The position numbers and the translations under genes are program-made. Source: a virus (taxonomy: Duplodnaviria > Caudoviricetes). Taken from it: a stretch of 50,832 nt of DNA. Every line of letters begins with the position of its first letter. Position 1 is the stretch's first letter. The DNA lies in the IMG/VR virus record IMGVR_UViG_3300009506_000047, positions 1 to 50,832 of that record. One strand, given 5' to 3'. Shown in pieces: positions 9,101 through 17,241 of this stretch. The notes below the pieces were generated by a model. That model searched no databases and had not been told where the DNA came from. It saw only the letters and a list, made by a program, of their open reading frames with translations.

Positions 9101-9286
9101 CAACCCAGAGCTGCTTCTGGCACTTATCTTATCACCTAGAATGGCATTGCCGCTTCCTATGTCCCAATCTGCCGATAGCTCCACTGATCCATCTGAATGT
9201 ATGCGTAATTGCTGATCTGTTGCCATTGCATTCCAATCAGCCGAAAGCACCGGGTCGCCCGGTGCTTTCCCCGTAGTCCAAGCCAT
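6197..9286 (-). CDS. Tail spike / fibre with pectin-lyase beta-helix depolymerase and CBM-like domain
   Basis: AAIQAAIDAAEAAGGGIVLFPAGKF; NLIKNGGFE; G-x-VGIGT fibre repeats. Confidence 0.85.
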   Translation of the reverse strand: MAWTTGKAPGDPVLSADWNAMATDQQLRIHSDGSVELSADWDIGSGNAILGDKISARSSSGLFLVEDGDTGIFVQDSTGYVGILSNTPRRPLDIINTSVAQIRATYTDNSVYTDFETDSDGNLTITPTGDRVLLPVADAGGQVFNIFAYGTVDDTGVSDSYAAIQAAIDAAEAAGGGIVLFPAGKFKIDTGLDLPANVNIHLIGAGMKRFSDADVGATTLLAGTASMTMITITQEYGARIADMVIDGNNLADTAISMLPGTQDCRACELERLYIENIDAGPAIYLDTVGVSTFKDLYLYDIDGIIIHLVDSSGNVFQNITAYGQYSGAGPPWYQGIVLESGNKNVFLNTGVYNCDPGFEIGSASTTSTEHIFISCEIENSIHSTPYRVGWYVHDNSGNITLIGPAFGTYVEHYEISENFTNGYKQPLTVIAAPVDTRFNLSDSMPAHNLIKNGGFERWINGTLADDWNIYGDDDCTIEQTGTGCSDTEKYSGIYAVKMAVVAAASHGFSADVPLIPGHDYLLSVKHKHITGTQATALMYLPGGTNVTTALGTTTSWTEKLILIPSSNVGTTTTARVRFYFSAAETAASCYLDDIWLWDLTAIKSSEIWGINTGSTTPRGLISQQVSADAVAAEIDMQKTRGTITAPTVITTGDELGNLLFRGYSGADGYVTGAAIKGISEGTIATTRVPAHLSFWTGTDAAPTVLTERMRIDKTGKVGINNTAPDSILHIGAGSNISMPYFGGDSSDLDVKHLISTTTNDDAIGLQLQNFEGGNNRRLAFFLDDSDGSYGICYAQSSGAFNFAIKLAATTQFTIDSNSKVGIGTTGPDRRLDVLDASNPQLRLTYTDGSVYTDFQTDSNGDLSITPSGNEVIIQHASADTVATIIHLQKTRGTIASPTVITTGDELGNLLFRGYSGAGGYVTGAAIKGISGGTIATTRVPANLSFWTGTDAAPTVLTQRMDIDYLGNVAIGTAAIATDATDGFLYIPSCAGTPTGTPTTKTGRVPLVYDSTNHILYLYDGSWLDMTNTP

Positions 9287-9296
9287 AATATATCAC

Positions 9297-10313
9297 CTAT
9301 CTTTTTAATTCCAGTGTTCCCATATTCTGGATCGTATCCTTTTCAAGAGGATTCCACTTATGCTTTTTGGGGGCATATATACGCTGTCTTAATAGCCACT
9401 CTTTCATTAGTGGCGGATGTTCTATATTGTTGACTCTGATAATTGATTCTTCTTTCATCTCATCCATAATCGGGTTTTTTAACTGCCATCCCGGTTTATG
9501 CTGAACCGGCCCCCAAAAATCTACCAAATCACCATCCAAGTTTATTTTATAATCATCCAGAGATTCATAAGTACCATATAAAAGTCCCCAGAAATAATGC
9601 CATATCAATTTCATCTCCCACTTACGAGGGATGCTATACCATGAATAATGATGCACATAGATACTATCCCTCGATTTTATGTCTTGTATAATGTTGTCAG
9701 GATTGCAAAGAAAATTATCCGCCTGTATAGAATGGCCGCCATTGACTGTAATATAGCCAGCGCCATCGGACATGCCAGGCTTAGAGCCATAATATTTTGC
9801 GCCAGTCGCTGGATTGGTATTCTGTCGTTCTATTCTTGACTGGATCGGTATGCCATGGGTAATGTCGCCATTATTCAAGCTGAAACGCTCCTTCGTCCAG
9901 CCAGCACTTGACATTTTGAAGTGGGGACCATTAAACCAGTTGATTACCCCGGCCGCTATAATATTCGTCCTTGCTGGCCAGCTATCTTTAAGCATCTTAA
10001 TTTTCGGGTAATCCTCCGGCCGTATAATTTCGTCAGCATCCATTTGCAATAAAATATCAGACTGGCATTTACTTCGGGCCAACGCCTTAGTCGCTCCATC
10101 TATCGCAGGATTATTCAAGTCCAATTCTATTAGATGAACCTTTACCTTGCCGTCAATATCTGATAAGGCTTCATAAGTACCGTCCTTGAATCGCGGATCT
10201 GTCACCACGTGAAATTCATCAACCACTGGCAAGCATGACTTGATACTTTCTACAAAGGGAAGGTCAAAATCCACCCCCCTTAAAACATATCCATAAGCCC
10301 CTATCGTTTTCAT
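9297..10313 (-). CDS. GT-A fold glycosyltransferase (GT2-like)
   Basis: ESIKSCLPVVDEF; QMDADE (DxD motif). Confidence 0.8.
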   Translation of the reverse strand: MKTIGAYGYVLRGVDFDLPFVESIKSCLPVVDEFHVVTDPRFKDGTYEALSDIDGKVKVHLIELDLNNPAIDGATKALARSKCQSDILLQMDADEIIRPEDYPKIKMLKDSWPARTNIIAAGVINWFNGPHFKMSSAGWTKERFSLNNGDITHGIPIQSRIERQNTNPATGAKYYGSKPGMSDGAGYITVNGGHSIQADNFLCNPDNIIQDIKSRDSIYVHHYSWYSIPRKWEMKLIWHYFWGLLYGTYESLDDYKINLDGDLVDFWGPVQHKPGWQLKNPIMDEMKEESIIRVNNIEHPPLMKEWLLRQRIYAPKKHKWNPLEKDTIQNMGTLELKR

Positions 10314-10326
10314 TTTGCCTCCTTTT

Positions 10327-11292
10327 TTAATTTATCCCCAAATCGCGGCAATGATAAATATCTTCTGACAATAGCATCTCCATGATGATTGGATTTAGCG
10401 ACATCCCCATAATATCTCCGCCGCAATATCCTCGCTTGAAGCGGAGAAAGTACCATAACGATTTCTTCTGTAACCAGTTACGCTTTTCTGTATATTTAAA
10501 TAATTTAGATGGATGATAGATATAGAAAAACGTCCAGAACCATTTACTGATTGCCCTGTCTTCTTCATCTGAATATTGCACCATCCATTTAATGAAAGCT
10601 TCTGTTAAATCGCCATTTATCAGGCGTGATAATATTGCCTTGCTTCGCCTGATATTATTCCCCCTACAGTGATCCATTAGTTCTTGCGCTTCTGGTAATG
10701 TATAGCCTTGTCCCTCTGGATTAATGTAGCCATGAATGCAATCATTGATAATGAATCCATCGGTAGTCTTTATATGTAAATATGGGTACGGTGTCCTAAT
10801 AGTATTCCAGCCACCATTCACAAAGCCCCTATGCGGCGTCCCTGACATCTTGGTGCCTACTATATTCTTGAATAGCCAATCTTTATAGAATCTTTCTTTG
10901 CCTTCTTGCGTATGCTTGATAAAATCATCTACCGATTCCATGAGATGACCGTCAATATATGGCAAGCATGGAATACTAACTCTGTTATGAATGCCAAATG
11001 TTAATTCTGGTAAATGTTCCAATAAAGCAATGGAGGGAATTTCATCATCATCTTGCAATAGAATCCACTCATCTTTTTTGGCTCTATTTAGTAAAAAGTT
11101 ATCCTGCGCCGAATAGTCTTCATCCCATTTCCGATAATAATACTCTACGCCATAAGAGCGGCATATATCTTTGGTATTATCATCCGATCCGCCATCACAA
11201 ACCCGGATATTATCCACATAAGGCTTGGCCGCGTTAATTAATGTCAGCAATTCTTTTGCTCTGTTTTGTGTTATCACGTGAAGACTAATCAT
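10327..11292 (-). CDS. Glycosyltransferase family 2
   Basis: VCDGGSDDNT; WILLQDDDE. Confidence 0.85.
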   Translation of the reverse strand: MISLHVITQNRAKELLTLINAAKPYVDNIRVCDGGSDDNTKDICRSYGVEYYYRKWDEDYSAQDNFLLNRAKKDEWILLQDDDEIPSIALLEHLPELTFGIHNRVSIPCLPYIDGHLMESVDDFIKHTQEGKERFYKDWLFKNIVGTKMSGTPHRGFVNGGWNTIRTPYPYLHIKTTDGFIINDCIHGYINPEGQGYTLPEAQELMDHCRGNNIRRSKAILSRLINGDLTEAFIKWMVQYSDEEDRAISKWFWTFFYIYHPSKLFKYTEKRNWLQKKSLWYFLRFKRGYCGGDIMGMSLNPIIMEMLLSEDIYHCRDLGIN

Positions 11293-12034
11293 CTGGCCAT
11301 TCCTTTATTTTGCGGAAAATATAGCTACTGCGCTTATATTCCATCAATTCGAATCCAAAATCCGCTATCCGCGCAACCCACCATGCCGCAGTCCCGGCAC
11401 TCCCTCTACCATCACAATAAAATGGGGTGAATTCAGTTTTATGCGGCATCTCCTGTGGGAAACTATTGATTGAATTAAAAGTCATCTCGTTTATCATATA
11501 GAACAATCCAGCCGGAGCAAGGGCATCATATATTGCCTCAAAGATTCTATCCTGCTTCCACCACGAATTGTGCTGGATAACAGTATGGGAATAGACTATA
11601 TCCAAAGGACATTCATCAAGCTCATTGACTCTACTAGCTGACAAAACATAAAATTTATTCTCTGGCATCCGCTCTTTACATACTGCTATAGCTCCGGGCG
11701 CATGATCTATGCCGATTATATCCAAATTCATGTTGAAATGCTTTGACATAGCATTCCAGATCATACAGAGTCTACCACCGCCACAGCCAAGTTCTGCGAT
11801 CTTACCATTCTCAATGATATTATAACGTTTACATAGTTCATATAATTCTGCAATAGTTGACATATTGCCTGTGTCGCTATTCTCAAATCCTGCTTTCGGA
11901 TTTAATTTGGCTTGCTCTGTTGTTGCTCTCGTAGTATCATTTAACAGAACGTCAGACTGGTTCCAGTATTCCGGCTTATCCTGGATTTCATCATGTATAG
12001 GTATATGGCTGATTAGTTCTTTAGAGATTTGCAT
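11285..12034 (-). CDS. Class I SAM-dependent methyltransferase
   Basis: IAELGCGGGR motif I; GIDH; LAPAGLF. Confidence 0.88.
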   Translation of the reverse strand: MQISKELISHIPIHDEIQDKPEYWNQSDVLLNDTTRATTEQAKLNPKAGFENSDTGNMSTIAELYELCKRYNIIENGKIAELGCGGGRLCMIWNAMSKHFNMNLDIIGIDHAPGAIAVCKERMPENKFYVLSASRVNELDECPLDIVYSHTVIQHNSWWKQDRIFEAIYDALAPAGLFYMINEMTFNSINSFPQEMPHKTEFTPFYCDGRGSAGTAAWWVARIADFGFELMEYKRSSYIFRKIKEWPDD

Positions 12035-12908
12035 TATCGCACCTTATCAATTCATTATATTGGGGTACCTTATCAAAAGCATTATAATCCCATTTTTTGT
12101 TTAGATATTCCTGACTTTCTATCGGATTCTGGTAAATTGAATTATTTCTATCATCATGCTCAATATGGTAGCTTATTATATCGCCAATACAGACAAGCGA
12201 TAAGCCGTTTTTTAGGCAAATCATCCCATACTCTGGTGCATTATATGCCCATCCGGTTACGTTATTATCCCACCTGGCAATCATTGCATTTTTATTTGTA
12301 ATCCAGATATTTCCATCGAAATGTATTGTCCAACCTTTAATTGGTTGTGGATCATTATAATAGGATGGATTATAAAAATATTCTCTTAATTCAAATCTTT
12401 GTCCAGTTGCTATGAATTTATCCGGGTCGCATTCCCCCATAAATCCAGCAATATCGTGGCGCCCTTCCCGGATATTTACCATATCAAATAAAGTCTTGCC
12501 ATTAACAAGGCCGCGCTTAATAATATGCGGCAATGGAAGCCTGTAATTAATATGCGATAATACCATATTTTCATATTGAGCCACCAGATTAGCACATCTT
12601 TCACAATAATCGTTATCGGCAATAATATCCACCGCGCCAAAGCAGATAAGTTCCTGGCTAGAATGATTTAATCCAATATTAAAAGCCTCGTGTAGTCGCA
12701 TTCGTTTTGGCAAATGTTGAAAATAATAATATTCTGTTTTATATTTCTGAGCCAATGCCCTGTGTTGTTTTGCCAATTCAGGATCAGACCCATCATCTAC
12801 TATAATGATTTGCTCAGGAACATGAGTCTGACTCTTAAGAAAATCAAGAACCATTTCTAAATGTTCCGGCCTATTCCATGTTGCTATTATATATGATATT
12901 GTCGGCAT
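12021..12908 (-). CDS. Glycosyltransferase family 2
   Basis: ISYIIATWNR...IIIVDDGSD; likely start MPTIS. Confidence 0.88.
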   Translation of the reverse strand: MPTISYIIATWNRPEHLEMVLDFLKSQTHVPEQIIIVDDGSDPELAKQHRALAQKYKTEYYYFQHLPKRMRLHEAFNIGLNHSSQELICFGAVDIIADNDYCERCANLVAQYENMVLSHINYRLPLPHIIKRGLVNGKTLFDMVNIREGRHDIAGFMGECDPDKFIATGQRFELREYFYNPSYYNDPQPIKGWTIHFDGNIWITNKNAMIARWDNNVTGWAYNAPEYGMICLKNGLSLVCIGDIISYHIEHDDRNNSIYQNPIESQEYLNKKWDYNAFDKVPQYNELIRCDNANL

Positions 12909-13797
12909 TTTGCTTGAATGAATCAATTACTCGATTCACTCCCTCACTTAATGAAATCTTAGGATTTACCCCCAATAGATTTATCATCTTTGAAATATCA
13001 GGAATTTTTTTTAATGTCATTTTTCCAGGTAATGGTTTAAATATAGCATAATCAAGATAATTGACGCCCATCTTGTCGCCAATTATTTTGGCAAGCTGTT
13101 CAGTTTCAGTATATTCAGTCATTCCGATATTTATGATATCAAAGTTACTTAGATATATGGCTTTTTCCATTGCAATAACACCATCGTCAAGATTCATCCA
13201 GCATCTGCCGCTATTCTTGTGAATAATTATTGCCTGCCTTTTATACAAAGATTCAGCAAATCTGATTAAAGCTGATCTATGTTCCCCCCTATCTTCACTC
13301 TCATGATACATCATGAATAATCGCAGAATAATTGCGTCCAATCCATTGTTGATCTCATATCTAATTATTTGCTCAGCCAAATATTTAGATAACCCATAGC
13401 GATTATTAGGCATCGGAATCGTGGTGTCTTCGTTCATAATGCAATCTTGATTACCATATACTTCCGAAGTAGAGGCAAACAACAATTTAGCATCATACAT
13501 TTTGCATAGTTCTATAATATTATATGTTCCGGCTATATTTGTAGTGATGGCCAATGTTCCACTTTTTTCACATAATATTCTACTCACCTGGCCTGCCAAC
13601 AGGAAAACCACATCCGGTCGAGTTATCCAAAAGACCTTTGCTAAATCAATTGGAATATTAATATCTGCCTGAATGTAGTCAAAATCATCTTTCGCCTTAA
13701 TATCGGACTTATATATAATATGTCCCTTTTGCGCTAGATAAGGACATAAAACTCTGCCGACATTACCTTCCGATCCTATAACTAATATTTTAGTCAT
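12871..13797 (-). CDS. NAD-dependent nucleotide-sugar epimerase/dehydratase
   Basis: GSEGNVG Rossmann motif; STSEVYG; YGLSK (YxxxK). Confidence 0.92.
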   Translation of the reverse strand: MTKILVIGSEGNVGRVLCPYLAQKGHIIYKSDIKAKDDFDYIQADINIPIDLAKVFWITRPDVVFLLAGQVSRILCEKSGTLAITTNIAGTYNIIELCKMYDAKLLFASTSEVYGNQDCIMNEDTTIPMPNNRYGLSKYLAEQIIRYEINNGLDAIILRLFMMYHESEDRGEHRSALIRFAESLYKRQAIIIHKNSGRCWMNLDDGVIAMEKAIYLSNFDIINIGMTEYTETEQLAKIIGDKMGVNYLDYAIFKPLPGKMTLKKIPDISKMINLLGVNPKISLSEGVNRVIDSFKQNADNIIYNSNME

Positions 13798-13981
13798 CTA
13801 TTCCCTCATAATCCTCATTCGTTCCCTGTATCAGATATACCCTCTTGTTTCCGAATTGCCCAATCACATATCCATCTTCCCTGATACTAATTGCATTTTG
13901 GGCATATTACTATGTCATCATTATCCAATAAATATTGTTTAAGTGAATGAGTGGTTAAAAATTGAATCAATTCTGGTGTAA

Positions 13982-15214
13982 TCATAATGTCTCCTTTATT
14001 CTATCCATAACCATATCCGCCGTTATCCGCTTCATACAAATAAGCCGGTCTTTCTGGGTATCACAACAATCTAGTTGCCAGTCCCAACAAGGCGCGCATA
14101 AAGCCTGCCCTTCAATCGGATAGGTATTTTGGTAATATTTACTGTGCGCCCAGGCTCCAGTGGAACCAAAGAGCGGAAATACTTTGAGATTCTCAAGTCT
14201 AGCTCCAATATGCAACGCCGAGGTATCCACACACACAAGTATATGAGCCAATCCCAATATGGCTATATATTCCCGGATGTTTGTTTTGCAGGACAGGTTT
14301 ATAACGCCTCTGGGGGCTTTCATATAGGCATCTTTGGTATCTGTTGACATATATATGACTTTGTATCCGTCTTTTATAAATTTTTTGGCTAATTTATTCC
14401 AGTAAAACCATTGTCGGGGCTTGCCATTTGAATTCAATTGCAATACTGCTATGCGCTTATCAAAATTCCATTCTATCAGTTTTCTTGCCTGTATTATCTC
14501 CTCTGACGAGATCTGTAATTGCCTAATGGGGACCTCTGGAATATATTTCTCAGTCGCTTCATCATATGTTGATTTTATCTTGACCCCTAGCAAGTCAGCA
14601 AAGTTATCAGCTCTAGGCTTGATATATGCTATTTCTCCGAAGTCCACCTGATTTATCATGTTATAGACCTCAGTATATTGCCTTGCTACTATCGGAAGTG
14701 GCACTATTCCCTTCTTTGCATCATGTTCATATTTGGTATATAGAATCCTATTGACTAATCCCTGTTGACCGCAGAATAAGCTCGCAGCCTGGGGACTGGT
14801 CAAATAGGCTATATATTTATCAGGGAATTGTTGCCGATATTCCTCAAGCGCAAACCATGACATGAGGACATCGCCCAGGCCCTTGAACCGCGCAAAGAGA
14901 ACTTGTATTTGTCCTTCCTGTGGGTATTCATTTGGCAATCCCCAAAGCCCCCCGGTCTGGACTGCAATACCCTGCACTCGCTCCTTATGTTTATATGATT
15001 TATCTGTACCGATAGGATTATTCTCAGCATCAAAAACAATAATATCATGGTTTGTATGTATGTTTGACATTAATTCTCGCGGAACATGCCATACAATCAT
15101 CCCGGGACGTAATTGGGAGAATCGTCTTGCTCGTCCCTGATAATCATGGATTTCCTTGATTCGGTTTGTTTTGCCTTCGTAAACTATTGAAATCATTTTA
15201 ATATGTCTGCTCAT
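13982..15214 (-). CDS. Glycosyltransferase family 9 (heptosyltransferase-like, GT-B)
   Basis: RFKGLGDVLM; VDTSALHIG; LFGST; CAPC. Confidence 0.88.
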   Translation of the reverse strand: MSRHIKMISIVYEGKTNRIKEIHDYQGRARRFSQLRPGMIVWHVPRELMSNIHTNHDIIVFDAENNPIGTDKSYKHKERVQGIAVQTGGLWGLPNEYPQEGQIQVLFARFKGLGDVLMSWFALEEYRQQFPDKYIAYLTSPQAASLFCGQQGLVNRILYTKYEHDAKKGIVPLPIVARQYTEVYNMINQVDFGEIAYIKPRADNFADLLGVKIKSTYDEATEKYIPEVPIRQLQISSEEIIQARKLIEWNFDKRIAVLQLNSNGKPRQWFYWNKLAKKFIKDGYKVIYMSTDTKDAYMKAPRGVINLSCKTNIREYIAILGLAHILVCVDTSALHIGARLENLKVFPLFGSTGAWAHSKYYQNTYPIEGQALCAPCWDWQLDCCDTQKDRLICMKRITADMVMDRIKETL

Positions 15215-15629
15215 CCATCATTGCTGTTGAGGGTAAAAACCCACTGCCAAATAAAATATAAGCAATAGCAATACGCCAATCATTTCCTCCAGACCAAGCA
15301 TGATATTGAATTCTACATCCATAGCCTGTTTCTGAATCATAAGGCACTATATCTCCGTTATCATCTACCTGAATACGACAATCTACATAATAACAACGTG
15401 TACCGTATTCCGCTTCGCTATCAAAAGCGCAATATATCCATGACAAACCGGATACTATAGGAAAATCTACATCTATACCAACATATTGGTCATCCGGCCA
15501 ATCATGTGATGTTCCGGTATCCGTTACATTTTCAATCCAGACTCTTCCAGTATATGCTATGTTGATATGATGCGCGAATGGATCCCGGATATGCGATTCT
15601 AAATCTGTAGCTTGTCTTATATCTCTCAT
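15198..15629 (-). CDS. Putative minor tail protein
   Basis: Position after the baseplate genes. Confidence 0.55.
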   Translation of the reverse strand: MRDIRQATDLESHIRDPFAHHINIAYTGRVWIENVTDTGTSHDWPDDQYVGIDVDFPIVSGLSWIYCAFDSEAEYGTRCYYVDCRIQVDDNGDIVPYDSETGYGCRIQYHAWSGGNDWRIAIAYILFGSGFLPSTAMMDEQTY

Positions 15630-16864
15630 GATGCTAATTCAAAAGCCGCTGGCTTCCTTCCTACAATATTAGTTGTTCCTTCTGCTGGATTAAGTATTAT
15701 TGATTCACACACAAACGTTTCATCTGATAGCTCTGTTTTGCCCTCTGTGACAGTAAAGAGTCGGCCTGGACGCACTATATACCCAATTGCGGTAGTCTTT
15801 GTCCTAATGAGCATATTAGGCACATTTATAATGCTGATAATATCACTGGCAAATTGTGTTGCGCTGGCATCGCTTCCGTCATTATCATGCCATATTGAAC
15901 GGGAATCGAATAATCTGTCCCTATTGCCATAATTATCGTAGCTTCCAGCCGATACCCCGGCATTTGTCCATTTTCCATTCATCCATTGGAAACGGGAATT
16001 GACCGTCACTTTATTATATAATTTATCGGCATCAATTTCCATTGCAAAATCAAGCATATTAGAATGATCCAATGTGGCGTAATCGGCTTCAAAATCATGT
16101 TTTAGATGAAAGTGAAGCCTTCCAAGTTCATCAATGCCTATATATAGATTAGAATAATCCGCTATTTGCGCTAAGATGTCCCGTATCGTTCCCCCAGATT
16201 CGGAAAAACTCAAGGAATATCCTAAATTATCACAATCCACCCAAGCAGTTGCCCATGAAGCATAATCTATATCTGGATTCCCTGGGGCTGCCAGGCCATC
16301 CAATGTTGAATAAGCTGTAATTGTATTCCATATCAAATCAAGTGGATTCTGCCGCCTAAATGCGGACCAGTCTGATTCGCTATATGATGAATATACTGCA
16401 CTTCGATTGTGCGGCTTGCCTACTGGATTATCCTGCGTCCCTACTCTAGTATTTAACAATTCCGTTAATTTGTCAACTAAATATAGCGTTACCGTATCAT
16501 TGGAAAATATTACTTTCCTCACAATACCAGTATATAACAATTGGGAATCATCAGCCCCGGCAAGAGAACAATATAGGGAGACTATCGAGGAAAAAGCATC
16601 TTCCTGATCAACTGCATCCCGGAAAATTGACCAATCTGAGCTATCATGCACAACTAATGTCGCGGAGCCGGGTTGTAATAAGGTGGGGATATTGATTGAG
16701 TCAACACGAATTAAATCACTTTTTGTGGAGCCTTCAAAAGTATAATAAAGATCAAAGGTCACATGCGAACTACTCAGAGTATCTATATAATCATCTGAGC
16801 CTGTTTCATCAAATAATAGAGTATCAAAGACACCAAAATCAAATCCATATCCAGTAAATGGCAT
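15626..16864 (-). CDS. Putative baseplate hub / tail tip protein
   Basis: Synteny; IDELGRLHF and LYNKVTV resemble hub-protein motifs. Confidence 0.65.
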   Translation of the reverse strand: MPFTGYGFDFGVFDTLLFDETGSDDYIDTLSSSHVTFDLYYTFEGSTKSDLIRVDSINIPTLLQPGSATLVVHDSSDWSIFRDAVDQEDAFSSIVSLYCSLAGADDSQLLYTGIVRKVIFSNDTVTLYLVDKLTELLNTRVGTQDNPVGKPHNRSAVYSSYSESDWSAFRRQNPLDLIWNTITAYSTLDGLAAPGNPDIDYASWATAWVDCDNLGYSLSFSESGGTIRDILAQIADYSNLYIGIDELGRLHFHLKHDFEADYATLDHSNMLDFAMEIDADKLYNKVTVNSRFQWMNGKWTNAGVSAGSYDNYGNRDRLFDSRSIWHDNDGSDASATQFASDIISIINVPNMLIRTKTTAIGYIVRPGRLFTVTEGKTELSDETFVCESIILNPAEGTTNIVGRKPAAFELAS

Positions 16865-16865
16865 C

Positions 16866-17234
16866 TTATGTCTCCTGTATAATTAAAGTACCTTCATATT
16901 TGGTAATCCATCCCGTGCCAAACATCATATTGAGTGGAGCTTGTTCATTCATTAATATAACTGATTTGGTTACACCCGGAGAATTAACTAAATCAGGAGT
17001 AAATGTCAAAGTATAGCCAGCCTTCCACCAAGCATCAACAAAGACCGAATCGGCATAGGCGACATTATTTACCGGCACTTCCCATCTAAGCTTGGTAGAC
17101 CAGTCATAAGTATAGATAGTCCCATCCATAGCTATATGTCTAGCACGATTATATGCAGTAGGTATAATAAAACCCTCTCTTGGTGAAAAGTCTACTGAAT
17201 TACCTCCATATGTTAATCGCATATAATCTGCCAT
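16866..17234 (-). CDS. Putative distal tail protein
   Basis: Small gene immediately after the tape measure. Confidence 0.6.
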   Translation of the reverse strand: MADYMRLTYGGNSVDFSPREGFIIPTAYNRARHIAMDGTIYTYDWSTKLRWEVPVNNVAYADSVFVDAWWKAGYTLTFTPDLVNSPGVTKSVILMNEQAPLNMMFGTGWITKYEGTLIIQET

Positions 17235-17241
17235 AATTCAC

